A program made the position numbers and the translations under genes. A stretch of DNA of 64,000 bases from an uncultured delta proteobacterium (GTDB lineage: Bacteria; Desulfobacterota; Desulfobacteria; Desulfobacterales; QNYZ01), in the NCBI GenBank assembly GCA_963845145.1, contig CAWJQU010000005.1, forward strand, positions 480,001 to 544,000, read 5' to 3'. The notes under the pieces were generated by a model. It was not told the DNA's origin. It saw only the letters and a program-made list of their open reading frames with translations, and did no database searches. Position 1 is the first letter of the stretch. Each line of letters starts with the position of its first letter. This document shows positions 42,093-51,988 of the stretch, piece by piece.

Positions 42093-42812
42093 ATGGCAGA
42101 AGAAGTAAATGCTGGTTGTGCAAGACCTACAGGTGGCCCGGTAGGAGAAACCGTCCAAGCACAAACACCTGAAAGCGAAAATGTAAAAAAGGAGGGCAAG
42201 AGCATGATACAAGTCGGAAAAAAAGCACCTGATTTTACTGCGCCAGGCTACCAGAAGGGTAAATTCATCAATGTAAAGTTGTCAGAGTATCTTGGGAAAT
42301 GGGTCCTTCTATGCTTCTACCCGGGCGATTTTACATTTGTCTGAGCGACCGAAATTTCAGCAGTTGCTGAAAAATACCCTGAATTTCAAAAACTTGGCGT
42401 AGAAATTATATCCATGAGCATTGACAGTATGTTCGTACATAAAATGTGGAATGATCATGAACTGTCCAAAATGGTAGATGGGGGTGTTCCCTTTGCGATG
42501 CTATCTGACTCTGGAGGTAGAGTGGGAAAGGTCTATGGTGTTTATGATGAGGATGCGGGGGTTGAGACACGCGGAAGATTTATTATCGATCCAGATGGAA
42601 TTGTTCAAGGGTACGAAGTGTTAACGCCACCGGTAGGAAGAAATGTTAATGAATCGTTTCGCCAAGTTCAAGCCTTTCAGCTTGTCAGAGAGTCAAAAGG
42701 AACGGAAGCCACTCCATCCGGCTGGAGACCGGGTAAGATGACACTTAAGCCTGGGCCAGAACTGGTCGGTAATGTTTGGAAAGAATGGAAAACTGAAATG
42801 GCCTTTGAATAA
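42093..42812 (+). CDS. prxU: Selenocysteine-containing peroxiredoxin (AhpC/Prx1-type); UGA 42342-42344 read as Sec
   Basis: [40 protein letters not shown] is one continuous frame joining both ORF-track fragments; TGA replaces the peroxidatic Cys of DFTFVCPTE. Confidence 0.9.
42355..42372 (+). promoter_or_regulatory. Bacterial SECIS-like hairpin
   Basis: TTTCAGC-AGTT-GCTGAAA; loop G is 19 nt downstream of the UGA. Confidence 0.75.
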
Positions 42813-42820
42813 ATAAACCA

Positions 42821-42919
42821 TAGCGTTGCATATAATTGAATTCAAAACACGATAGATTAGGTCATTGCGGTGAGATAACGCGAGTAAAACTGTTTAGCCT
42901 CAATTTTTATGCAACGCTA
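42821..42919. repeat. 99-bp non-coding element with about 19-bp terminal inverted repeats (MITE-like or long hairpin)
   Basis: tagcgttgcatataattga ... tcaatttttatgcaacgcta. Confidence 0.6.
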
Positions 42920-43157
42920 GGGTAAAGTTTCCAGAATAAGTTACAAGGCTCTTAAAAATTAGATGGAGACGAGTTTTGCTTCCCGAAAAACACATCCTGA
43001 CGATCTTATAGCCGCGAAAAGACAATCTTAGATAGAAAATCCGGATAGAAACGGTAAACAGGCCCTGTTTTTAACTGGTTGCTCCATCATCATATCTTAA
43101 TATCTATAGTCCTCGCAAAGAACCAAACATTAACTATAAAGTATAATCTGACTATCC

Positions 43158-45425
43158 ATGTTAGCCATCCTTAAAAAAATACGCGGCCGACTGGTCTCAA
43201 AAATAGTACTAACCGTTGGGATTGTCTTCCTCGTCTCCTTTTCTATCTGGACTTATGTTAACGTACACTACCAGAAGGCAAAGGAAATGCACAACATTGG
43301 GGCAGCTGCCGACCGGTTGACGAACACGATTCAATTGGGAACCCATTATGCCATGATGCTCAATTCCAGGGACGATATAAACCAGATAATTCGCAATATT
43401 GGGCGCCTTTCAGAAATTGAGAATATCCGCATATACAACAAGGAAGGCAAAATAAAATTTTCGAACCGACCTTCGGAAGTCGACATGGCGACCAATATTA
43501 AAGCCGAAGCCTGCGATATTTGTCACCGCACAGAACCACCGCTTGTCGAGCTTGACTTACCTCAGAGGATGCGGATATTCGATAGTCCCAATGGGTACCG
43601 GCTTCTGGGCATCATCAGTCCGATTCGCAACGAAACCGGGTGTTCCACCGACAACTGTCATATTCATCCCCAGGGAAAGAAAATTCTCGGAGCCCTGGAC
43701 CTGGTAATTTCCCTGGAGGAAACAGACAAAAGCTTGTATCTTCTTCAACGAGGCATCATTGGTATGTCCATATCAGTTTTCATTCTTACCTCTATTATTA
43801 TCTGTTTTTTTGTATTTCGATTTGTCAATTATCCCATCAAAACGCTTATCAACCAAACACGTGCAATCGCCAGGGGCAACTACGACCGGAAGGCCCATCT
43901 TTTGCAAAAAGACGAGATGGGCCAGTTAGGACATGCTATTGATAAAATGGGTTCCAAGATTGCAGAGAAGGAAACTGCCCTCAACAAACAGCGGGATGAA
44001 TATATGCAGCTGTTTGAACAAGTACCATGTATTATAACGGTTCAGAATCGAGATTTTAAATTGCTTCGGTACAACAAGGAGTTTTCGGATCGCTTTGATC
44101 CCAAACCTGAAGATTTTTGCTACCATGCCTACAAGGGCCGTTCGGAAAAGTGCGAACGCTGCCCGGTTGAATGGACATTTGCAGACGGAAAACCATACTC
44201 CACGGAAGAGACCGGCATCGACAAGGACGGCACTATCAAATACTGGATCGTACGTACGTCACCTATCGTCAATGATAAGGGTGAGGTGGTGGCCGCTATG
44301 GAGATTTCCCACGACATCTCCGAGCGCCGACAGCTTGAAGTCGACTTGAAACGGTCAGAAAAGAAATACCACGCCATATTCAACAATATGCCGAATCCCG
44401 TTTTTGTTATCGATATCAAGACCCTTGTCATCCTGGACTGCAACAAGAGTGTTGAAACGGTGTACGGGTTTACTGCGGAGGATATCATCGGCAGCTTGTT
44501 CTTAGATTTGTTCCGTAAAGAAGATCAAGAGGAATATGCTTATAAGCTTAAAGTAGATTCTGTCATTAACCAGGCAAAACATTTTACCAAAGACCGCAAG
44601 AAGCTTTACGTCAATATCCGTATATCCCCTTCCGAATATTCCGGACAGGAGGTTCTTCTGGTCACCACCAGTGATATCACCAAGCGCCTGGAGACGGAGC
44701 AGCAATTGATCCAAGCAAGTAAAATGGCCACGCTGGGTGAGATGGCTACGGGTGTTGCCCACGAACTGAATCAGCCGCTATCGGTCATCAAGACGGTTAG
44801 CAGTTTTTTCGTCAAGAAGATCCGTCGCAGAGAAACCTTCGAAAAAGAGATTCTGGATACCATGTTGGCAAAAGTGGACAGCAATGTCGATCGGGCAAGC
44901 CGGATTATCAATCACATGCGGCAGTTTGCCAGAAAAACGAACTTGACGATATCGAAAATTTCCGTCAACGATGTTATCATTAATGCTTTTGAGATTTTCA
45001 GCCAGCAGCTTAAAGTCCGGGGGATTGCTGTCCTGAAGGATATACACCCATCGCTACCCAGGGTTCATGCCGACCCGGATCGCCTTGAACAGGTATTCAT
45101 CAATCTCCTGCTCAATGCCAGAGACGCCATTGAAGAAAAAAGGGCGCTCACAGGCCGGACCGGTCATGAAGAAAAGATTACACTCCGAACCTATAGGGAG
45201 GAAGACAAAGTCACCATCGCAGTTTGTGACACGGGTGTCGGTATCCCCAAACACGCTGTTGACAAGATTTTCGAACCCTTTTTCACCACCAAAGAAGTCG
45301 GTAAGGGTACTGGCTTGGGTCTCTCCATCAGCTACCGCATTGTCAAAGACTGTGGGGGGGCTATCAAAGCCTTGCCGAACAAGGACCAGGGTGCCTGTTT
45401 CATAGTTTCTTTTCCGATACCCTAG
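43158..45425 (+). CDS. Sensor kinase: periplasmic c-type haem domain, HAMP, 2 PAS, HisKA/HATPase
   Basis: CDICH and CSTDNCH between two TMs; [23 protein letters not shown]. Confidence 0.88.
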   Translation: MLAILKKIRGRLVSKIVLTVGIVFLVSFSIWTYVNVHYQKAKEMHNIGAAADRLTNTIQLGTHYAMMLNSRDDINQIIRNIGRLSEIENIRIYNKEGKIKFSNRPSEVDMATNIKAEACDICHRTEPPLVELDLPQRMRIFDSPNGYRLLGIISPIRNETGCSTDNCHIHPQGKKILGALDLVISLEETDKSLYLLQRGIIGMSISVFILTSIIICFFVFRFVNYPIKTLINQTRAIARGNYDRKAHLLQKDEMGQLGHAIDKMGSKIAEKETALNKQRDEYMQLFEQVPCIITVQNRDFKLLRYNKEFSDRFDPKPEDFCYHAYKGRSEKCERCPVEWTFADGKPYSTEETGIDKDGTIKYWIVRTSPIVNDKGEVVAAMEISHDISERRQLEVDLKRSEKKYHAIFNNMPNPVFVIDIKTLVILDCNKSVETVYGFTAEDIIGSLFLDLFRKEDQEEYAYKLKVDSVINQAKHFTKDRKKLYVNIRISPSEYSGQEVLLVTTSDITKRLETEQQLIQASKMATLGEMATGVAHELNQPLSVIKTVSSFFVKKIRRRETFEKEILDTMLAKVDSNVDRASRIINHMRQFARKTNLTISKISVNDVIINAFEIFSQQLKVRGIAVLKDIHPSLPRVHADPDRLEQVFINLLLNARDAIEEKRALTGRTGHEEKITLRTYREEDKVTIAVCDTGVGIPKHAVDKIFEPFFTTKEVGKGTGLGLSISYRIVKDCGGAIKALPNKDQGACFIVSFPIP

Positions 45426-45518
45426 GAATGAAGGGACCGAAGGGGGGCAGGTAAAATGCGGTCAGTCTTAAATTGAACCCATAAGTAGTTAACAGCTTAT
45501 GGTTTCAGGAGATAAAAA

Positions 45519-46661
45519 ATGAGTGCACCCAAAGACAAGAAAAAAATTCTGCTGGTGGACGATGAAAAGGATATTCGTGAAGTTATAGGCATGACATTGT
45601 CAGATATGGGATACCAGGTACTGACGGCGGCAAATGGCAAGACAGCATGGGAAACCTTCCTGTCGGAGAGTCCCCCCATTGTCCTGACCGACATCAAGAT
45701 GCCTTTGATAGATGGCATTGAACTCCTAAAACGAATTAAACGTGAAAATCCCGAAGCAGAAATCATCATGATAACCGGCCATGGTGACATGGACTTGGCC
45801 ATAACGAGTTTGAAGCACCGGGCCTCCGATTTCATTACCAAACCCATCAATATTGAGGCTCTTGAGATCTCTCTGAAAAGAGTTGAAGAAAAAATTATCA
45901 CCAGAAAAAAACTCCAGGAATACACTGAAAACCTTGAACGACTCATCCAGGAAAAAACTGAACTTAAAGACAATCTCTCGAGCTTAGGTCTCATGGTAGG
46001 GTCAATTTCACACAGCATCAAGGGCCTCCTGACCGGGCTGGATGGCGGCCTTTATCTTCTTAAATCCGGCCTGAAAACCAACGACCTCAAAAAGATCGAA
46101 GAGAGCGGCGATATTCTTAAAATCATGCTGGACCGTATTCGACGAATGGTGAGTGACATTCTATTTTATGCTAAAGAGAGAAACTTACGACGCGATGAGG
46201 TCGATATTCGCGCCTTTGCCAATGAAGTTATGCGGGTTGTGGAAGTCAAAGGTAAAGCGATGGGTATCTCTCTGGAAACGAATTTCGATATTACAATCAA
46301 CAAAATTCAGATCGATTCCGGATTTGTCCATTCCGCTTTGATCAACATTCTTGAAAATGCCTTCGATGCCTGCACCAGGAAAGAACAAAACCAAGACCAC
46401 AAGATCGTATTTTCGGTGAAGAATGACGAGAAACATATTTACTTCATCGTCGCTGACAACGGTATCGGGATGGATATCGAGACCCGAGAAAAATTGTTTT
46501 CTCTTTTTTTCTCTTCAAAAGGCCGTAAGGGAACCGGATTAGGCCTATTTCTATCTAACAAGATAATTGCGCAGCATGGCGGATCGATTAGCGTGGATTC
46601 GGTTGAAGGAGAGGGGAGTCGGATTACAATAAAAATTCCTATTGAAAATAAAAAACCATAG
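45519..46661 (+). CDS. Hybrid receiver-histidine kinase
   Basis: LLVDDE, TDIKMP, ITKP receiver; SISHSIKG H-box; DNGIG, GTGLGL. Confidence 0.88.
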   Translation: MSAPKDKKKILLVDDEKDIREVIGMTLSDMGYQVLTAANGKTAWETFLSESPPIVLTDIKMPLIDGIELLKRIKRENPEAEIIMITGHGDMDLAITSLKHRASDFITKPINIEALEISLKRVEEKIITRKKLQEYTENLERLIQEKTELKDNLSSLGLMVGSISHSIKGLLTGLDGGLYLLKSGLKTNDLKKIEESGDILKIMLDRIRRMVSDILFYAKERNLRRDEVDIRAFANEVMRVVEVKGKAMGISLETNFDITINKIQIDSGFVHSALINILENAFDACTRKEQNQDHKIVFSVKNDEKHIYFIVADNGIGMDIETREKLFSLFFSSKGRKGTGLGLFLSNKIIAQHGGSISVDSVEGEGSRITIKIPIENKKP

Positions 46662-46778
46662 TAATGATGTTTTATGGCTTGTCGGCTATTATGCTCTGAG
46701 TGCTTTCCGAATGGTCGTACAGCCGATATCGGTTTATGGATTGTCGTGTTCAACAGCCAAGGGGTTTGGGCGACAGAT

Positions 46779-47498
46779 TTAAGTGTGACTAATATAGCGA
46801 TATCCCACACCGTGGACGGTTGTGATCACCTTCGGTGAACCAGGCTTGGACTCCACCTTTTTTCGCAACCTTGCAATATGTTGGTCCAGGGTTCGTGTGG
46901 TTCCGTAGTACTCGATTCCCCAGACGGCGTTCAGCAGTTCATCGCGGCTTAAGACAGCATCGGGATGGGATCGAAAATAGGTGATCAATTTTAGCTCCCG
47001 CTCGGAAAGGTCAAACGATCGATCCGCCAGCTGCCCTCGATATTGACGCGCATCGATGGTAGCCGCTCCGAATTGAAAGCGGGCATCTCCGTTTTCAAAA
47101 GAGGCCATAGAACGCTTGGATCGTCTCAAAACCGCACCAATTCGCGCCAATAATTCGTGTACGCCAAATGGTTTGGTAATGTAATCATCCGCCCCCAGTT
47201 CAAGACCCAGTACCTTGTCAATTTCCTCGCTTTTAGCGGTCAACATAATCACCGGTACCTGCTCGTCTATTTTCCGAATGGTACGGCAGACATCATAACC
47301 GCTTAAACCAGGCATCATGATATCTAACAGGATGAGATCGAACTTACCGGTTTCAAATAAATCAACGGCTTCCTTTCCATTTTTGGCAGGCGTACCTCGA
47401 TAGCCTTCGCTTTCAAGGGTATCCACCAAACCGGTTAAAATATGGGGGTCATCTTCCGCAACAAGAATATGGCCTGCATGGATCCGCGGATCTGTCAT
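46779..47498 (-). CDS. OmpR/PhoB-family response regulator
   Basis: AEDD, LDIMMP, GADDYITKPF; winged helix RTLDQHIARLRKK..TVHGVGY. Confidence 0.92.
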   Translation of the reverse strand: MTDPRIHAGHILVAEDDPHILTGLVDTLESEGYRGTPAKNGKEAVDLFETGKFDLILLDIMMPGLSGYDVCRTIRKIDEQVPVIMLTAKSEEIDKVLGLELGADDYITKPFGVHELLARIGAVLRRSKRSMASFENGDARFQFGAATIDARQYRGQLADRSFDLSERELKLITYFRSHPDAVLSRDELLNAVWGIEYYGTTRTLDQHIARLRKKVESKPGSPKVITTVHGVGYRYISHT

Positions 47499-47514
47499 GA
47501 TTGTCAATTGCCTT

Positions 47515-49245
47515 TCAGTTTTCGGAAATGATAATTTTAAAGCAGCAGCCACCCCCCCGACGGGGTTCGTACCGCAAATCGCCGCCGAGGTCGCGCATCA
47601 GTTGGCGGGCAATGGTAAGACCCAGCCCGGAACCCGGGTGTTCGGCGGTCAATGAATCGTCGGCGCGATAATATTTTTCAAAAATGCGGTGGCGATATTT
47701 TGAAGATATGCCCGGGCCACGATCAAGAACACAAATTTGCCCACCTGTATCGACCGGATCGAGAGCGATGGTCAGGGTTTTGCCGTCGCCGGCATATTTA
47801 ACGGCATTGTCCACCAGGTTGAGCAGGACCTGTTCGAGTACGTCCCGGTCGGTGTTGACCTGAAGGTTTTTCGGGGGCAGTTGTACGACAAGTGCCAGGT
47901 CCTCATTCTCTATTCGCAACCGATGCGCCCGGTCGAATTCTTTTAAAAAGGCGGTTATATCGAGCGGTTCGATTCGGTAGGTTTTGCGTCCCTGTTCAAG
48001 TCGGCTAAAATCGAGCAGGTTATTAACGAGGCGGCCAAGTCGGCGGCTTTCATCCACGATCACTTGCATATAGCTTTTTTGTTTATCAATTGATTTTACC
48101 CGACCTTCTTTGATCAACTCCGCATACATACGAATGCTGGTCAAAGGCGTTTTAAGCTCATGGGATACGTTGGCCACGAAAGATGTTTTTCGCTCGGCGT
48201 CCCTTCGGTTGCGTTCGGCATCGCGGTAGAGGAGCATTCCGCCGAAAAGTATGGCCGCGATGACGATAACCAGCATCATTCCCGAAATGATCAAATACCC
48301 TTGACCGGCGGCGTTACCTCGCTCTCCGCCATTGAAATAAACGCCCACCTGCCAATGGGGTAAAATTGGCGCCAAGGATACGGCCAGACCCGGAGCGGCC
48401 TGATCGTCCAATTCGTTACCCCCGGATTGGTGCAGAATTTGGCCGGCGCCGTCGCTTAACACATACGCCACCTGGTTGGTCGACGGTTGCGGAAAATCGA
48501 GGATCAAACGCGACAGCAACGTGGCCAACTCCAACTCGACCCCCCAAACCAGGTCATGATTGGGCGGATGCACCCATCCGATCAGGTACAACCGGTTGTC
48601 GGTGAACCAGGGCAGCCATCCGCCATCAATGGTGTCTAACGCGGTTTTGGGTGGAATGGTATCCCGGAACACCGAGCTGGACACCGAACTGGATTCCGAA
48701 GGCCGGCTGCGGGCCATATCCAGCAGGTTATCGCTTCCCGTAGAAGGGGACGGGGCACGTTGAGCGTCGGGCCGACTTTTCGTCATGGGCGGAAATGAAC
48801 CGTGAATACTTCCCGAGCCTCCCCCAATTTGTTCCTTTCCGGCAGGCGCCCACGGATGACGGCCATCGAACAACATTGCGTAACGGGTGATGAAGCGACG
48901 CTCTTCCTGCGTCGCCGACTGGTCAAGCAGCGGATAACGCAACCCGCTGCTTTTTGACCAGATATATACATTTCGAACGAGAGGGTTTTGACCGACCCAT
49001 TGGGGAAGGGCACCGACCACAGTCGTCGGCGAAAACCCTTTCAAGGAGGCCAGCATGCTATCCTCAACGGATTGAACCGTCTGTTTGAGCCTATGGGCGA
49101 CCGCCTGAGCCCGGTCCGAATGCGCCGCCTGGAAAGAGTGTGAGATCCGGTCCTGTTCATAGCGAAGCAACCGAAAGGCTGAGACTGAGATCACCAATGT
49201 CGGTAAAAAGAGCAGCAGCCAGTATCGAAGGACCGATCGTTTCAT
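47515..49245 (-). CDS. Membrane sensor histidine kinase
   Basis: Two TMs; NVSHELKTPLTSI; NAVKY; DRGPGI; GSGLGL. Confidence 0.9.
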   Translation of the reverse strand: MKRSVLRYWLLLFLPTLVISVSAFRLLRYEQDRISHSFQAAHSDRAQAVAHRLKQTVQSVEDSMLASLKGFSPTTVVGALPQWVGQNPLVRNVYIWSKSSGLRYPLLDQSATQEERRFITRYAMLFDGRHPWAPAGKEQIGGGSGSIHGSFPPMTKSRPDAQRAPSPSTGSDNLLDMARSRPSESSSVSSSVFRDTIPPKTALDTIDGGWLPWFTDNRLYLIGWVHPPNHDLVWGVELELATLLSRLILDFPQPSTNQVAYVLSDGAGQILHQSGGNELDDQAAPGLAVSLAPILPHWQVGVYFNGGERGNAAGQGYLIISGMMLVIVIAAILFGGMLLYRDAERNRRDAERKTSFVANVSHELKTPLTSIRMYAELIKEGRVKSIDKQKSYMQVIVDESRRLGRLVNNLLDFSRLEQGRKTYRIEPLDITAFLKEFDRAHRLRIENEDLALVVQLPPKNLQVNTDRDVLEQVLLNLVDNAVKYAGDGKTLTIALDPVDTGGQICVLDRGPGISSKYRHRIFEKYYRADDSLTAEHPGSGLGLTIARQLMRDLGGDLRYEPRRGGGCCFKIIISEN

Positions 49246-49271
49246 TATTATTCCCGTACCAAGAGCTTTTA

Positions 49272-50645
49272 TTATTTGCTGATTTGTTGTTGTTTCATCT
49301 GAAACGACTCGGTCCGAAGCACCTTGCGCGTCCGTTTATCCATACCCTTTGCTTCGATGCTACCGGCCTGTACCTCCATCTCTTCCGCTTTTTTGAGGAG
49401 TGCCGGTGCCTTTAGTTTTTTTCCGGTCGCTTTTAGCCGTTGAGCCGATTCTCTCAATTTTCCCACCGCATCTTTGGTGCGGCCTTCATCGGACAGGTTA
49501 ATGGCCTCCTCCTGGGCCGCGGCATTTAAGTTCAACTCGTAATCCCGCTTGACCTTTACATTAACTGATTTCTCAACCTGATTACGATTGCTGGCGAATC
49601 TTGCCAGAAGCCGGTCGGAAGAGACATCTTGTCTGCGTGTAAACGGGTTATGGTAACGGGTTTCAACCTGAGCAATTTCCCGGGACTCACCATCGCGGCC
49701 ACCGGCGATCTCGACTTCCACCAGGGCATATTTTTCCTGATTGCCGTAAAGCTGGTTCAGGTTGAATTCGACGGTGTTTCCCCGAATCCGGCCATCTCGC
49801 CCGATAACACGGAGCGGTCGAACATTGTCGGCTAAATGAATCATGATTTGAATTTCCTGCGCCACGACATTGAGTACATCCCCCAACTCTGCGGCGAAAA
49901 TGCGCGGAAGGTCCGCGCTGGATTCGACAAAATAGGTATTCCCGTCACTGTTATGGGATAGCCGGGTCATCAGATCTTCGTTATAATCGGTACCCACACC
50001 CACCGTTGTCACTGAAATCTGTTCTTTGATCAGTGCAGCGCCGAGCCGACCCAGATCTTCGGGCGTGTTGGGCCCCACGTTGGCCAATCCGTCGGAGAGC
50101 AGAATAACACGGTGCACAAAATCGCCGCCCATGTATTTTCGCACTTCGGCCGCCCCCTGACTGACGCCCCCGAACAGAGCCGTGTTGCCACCGGCACGGA
50201 TATGCCGAATTTGCTCTTCGATGGCCTCCATGTAGTGGGCCGAGCGAGCGGGCACGATGGTTTGGACCAAATGATTATAGGCCACAAGCGAGAAAATATC
50301 TTCGTCAGCCAGTTGCCGCAATGCTGTAATGGCGGCTTCCTTAGCTTTGGCCAGCTTGGCACCATTCATGGACCCGGAGCGGTCCAGAACAATGGACAGG
50401 TTCGCCGGTGGTCGGTCATAGTGAACCGGTGGCGGTGGTGCATCCAGGGTTACTTTCAGAATGGCGCTACGGGTCATATTGGCAGGCAGGACGCCCCGAT
50501 CCAACTCGATTCGGCAGGCGACCTTGTTGCCAGCAGAATAAGCGACGGCCGGGGTTGTGAGTGTGGCGCTTGATATGAAACCAATACCCATAAGGGCAAC
50601 ACACCAGTGAATCATTTTCTTTTTCATTCTACGCGGGCGATTCAT
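49272..50645 (-). CDS. Secreted von Willebrand A (MIDAS) domain protein
   Basis: Signal peptide; LDRSGSM, GGNT, LLSDGLAN; ATG 50645 after GGAGGTG. Confidence 0.85.
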   Translation of the reverse strand: MNRPRRMKKKMIHWCVALMGIGFISSATLTTPAVAYSAGNKVACRIELDRGVLPANMTRSAILKVTLDAPPPPVHYDRPPANLSIVLDRSGSMNGAKLAKAKEAAITALRQLADEDIFSLVAYNHLVQTIVPARSAHYMEAIEEQIRHIRAGGNTALFGGVSQGAAEVRKYMGGDFVHRVILLSDGLANVGPNTPEDLGRLGAALIKEQISVTTVGVGTDYNEDLMTRLSHNSDGNTYFVESSADLPRIFAAELGDVLNVVAQEIQIMIHLADNVRPLRVIGRDGRIRGNTVEFNLNQLYGNQEKYALVEVEIAGGRDGESREIAQVETRYHNPFTRRQDVSSDRLLARFASNRNQVEKSVNVKVKRDYELNLNAAAQEEAINLSDEGRTKDAVGKLRESAQRLKATGKKLKAPALLKKAEEMEVQAGSIEAKGMDKRTRKVLRTESFQMKQQQISK

Positions 50646-50845
50646 GTAACACCTCCATTTTAGGCCGGCCGTGACGTCATCATTTTGAGGCTTTTCCACT
50701 TTTTTGAATATAACACCGGGGTTTTCCGCCGCGGCCTCAAAGGGAATCCGTCCGGCTGGATTCATCAGGATCAATCGTTTTAGTCGCGAAAAAGTGTCAT
50801 ATCCATTTACCATGATCCTGATTTATCAACACTTCTGTATGATGT

Positions 50846-50884
50846 TGTCATGGATGCGTAAAACAATTGTAAAAAAAATGTGAC
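50846..50884 (-). promoter_or_regulatory. Four direct repeats at 11-bp period (OmpR/PhoB-type operator)
   Basis: Minus strand GTCACA, TTTACA, TTTACG, ATGACA each exactly 11 bp apart. Confidence 0.55.
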
Positions 50885-51220
50885 ATGCCGGGCCCTCGCA
50901 CTCCCTATGAGTGAAACAGGTAACAAATAAGGTTTATTCGCTGGTCGAAATTTGATGCAGACGATCATATTCGAATTTATATCCTTGAGCAACCGCTGTT
51001 GCGCTCGGGGTTTGGTTCTGCAGAGAATAGCGGATAAAATTTTGTTTACGGGAAAATCCAAGTAAACAGTTTTGGCTTACCAAATTTTGCCCTGGCTAAT
51101 AATAAGGAAAGCACATATTGGCCACCCATAAGGCCGACGCCAACACCAGGCCGAAGATTACTCGTTTATTCTTGATTATTTTTGCATATCTTTCTATTAT
51201 TTTTGAAACATGAGGCTTTT

Positions 51221-51988
51221 ATGAAATTACGCAGATTCCTTATAATTCCTTTATTGATTATTTTACCCATCTCTTGTTGCCATAATTCCAATCTACCTAA
51301 ACTGAATTATAACCTTCCTTTAAGTTTTACTCGGTTTACAAATTATTTAAACACTGGCGATATCATCCTTTTTCATGGCGATTCAGACTTTGATAAAGTA
51401 ACGGATTATCTGGAGTGTAGCCCCTGGGCGCATGTTGGCATGATCGTAAAGAGTAAAGACAATCAAACTTATCTTTGGGAGTCGACCTTAAGATCTAATG
51501 TGAAAGATGTCGACTATCATAAAACAAAAGGTGGTCCGCAATTGGTGCGCTTAAAAGATCGGCTTGTCAATGATGTGGAAGTTAAAGATCATTCCGGCTG
51601 GGCCATTAGGCGGTTACTTGTTTCCGATACCGTGAGAAATTCTTTTGATGATGTTTTAAACCATATCATTCAGATAGAGCATGAAAAAGATATACCCAAT
51701 GCCATTGACGTCTTTCTTGAAGCGGCTTTAGGTAGGTTTATGAAGGTTGAAACCAATGAAAAGAAAATCTTCTGCAGCGAATTGATGGTGCTTACCTATA
51801 TGCACATGGCGTTAGTTTCAAATAAAACCATCGCCAATAGTTACGTACCAAAAGATTTTTCGTCGGATTCTGATAAACTAAGATTTTTACAAAAAAAGAC
51901 CGCACTCTCCAAAGAGCACTATTTTAAACCTGTGACGGTCAATGGGGTTTTGCATATTCGTACGACTTCTAATTTAGACATTTTATGA
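51221..51988 (+). CDS. Exported permuted papain-like (YaeF/YiiX-type) amidase/peptidase
   Basis: GDIILFHG, WAHVGMI (His) preceding FCSEL (Cys), PKDF; hydrophobic N-terminus ending ISCC. Confidence 0.72.
   Translation: MKLRRFLIIPLLIILPISCCHNSNLPKLNYNLPLSFTRFTNYLNTGDIILFHGDSDFDKVTDYLECSPWAHVGMIVKSKDNQTYLWESTLRSNVKDVDYHKTKGGPQLVRLKDRLVNDVEVKDHSGWAIRRLLVSDTVRNSFDDVLNHIIQIEHEKDIPNAIDVFLEAALGRFMKVETNEKKIFCSELMVLTYMHMALVSNKTIANSYVPKDFSSDSDKLRFLQKKTALSKEHYFKPVTVNGVLHIRTTSNLDIL

Noticed and set aside
42342..42344. Nonsense mutation making the peroxiredoxin a pseudogene
   Set aside because: The stop is UGA, sits exactly at the catalytic residue and is followed by a SECIS-like hairpin
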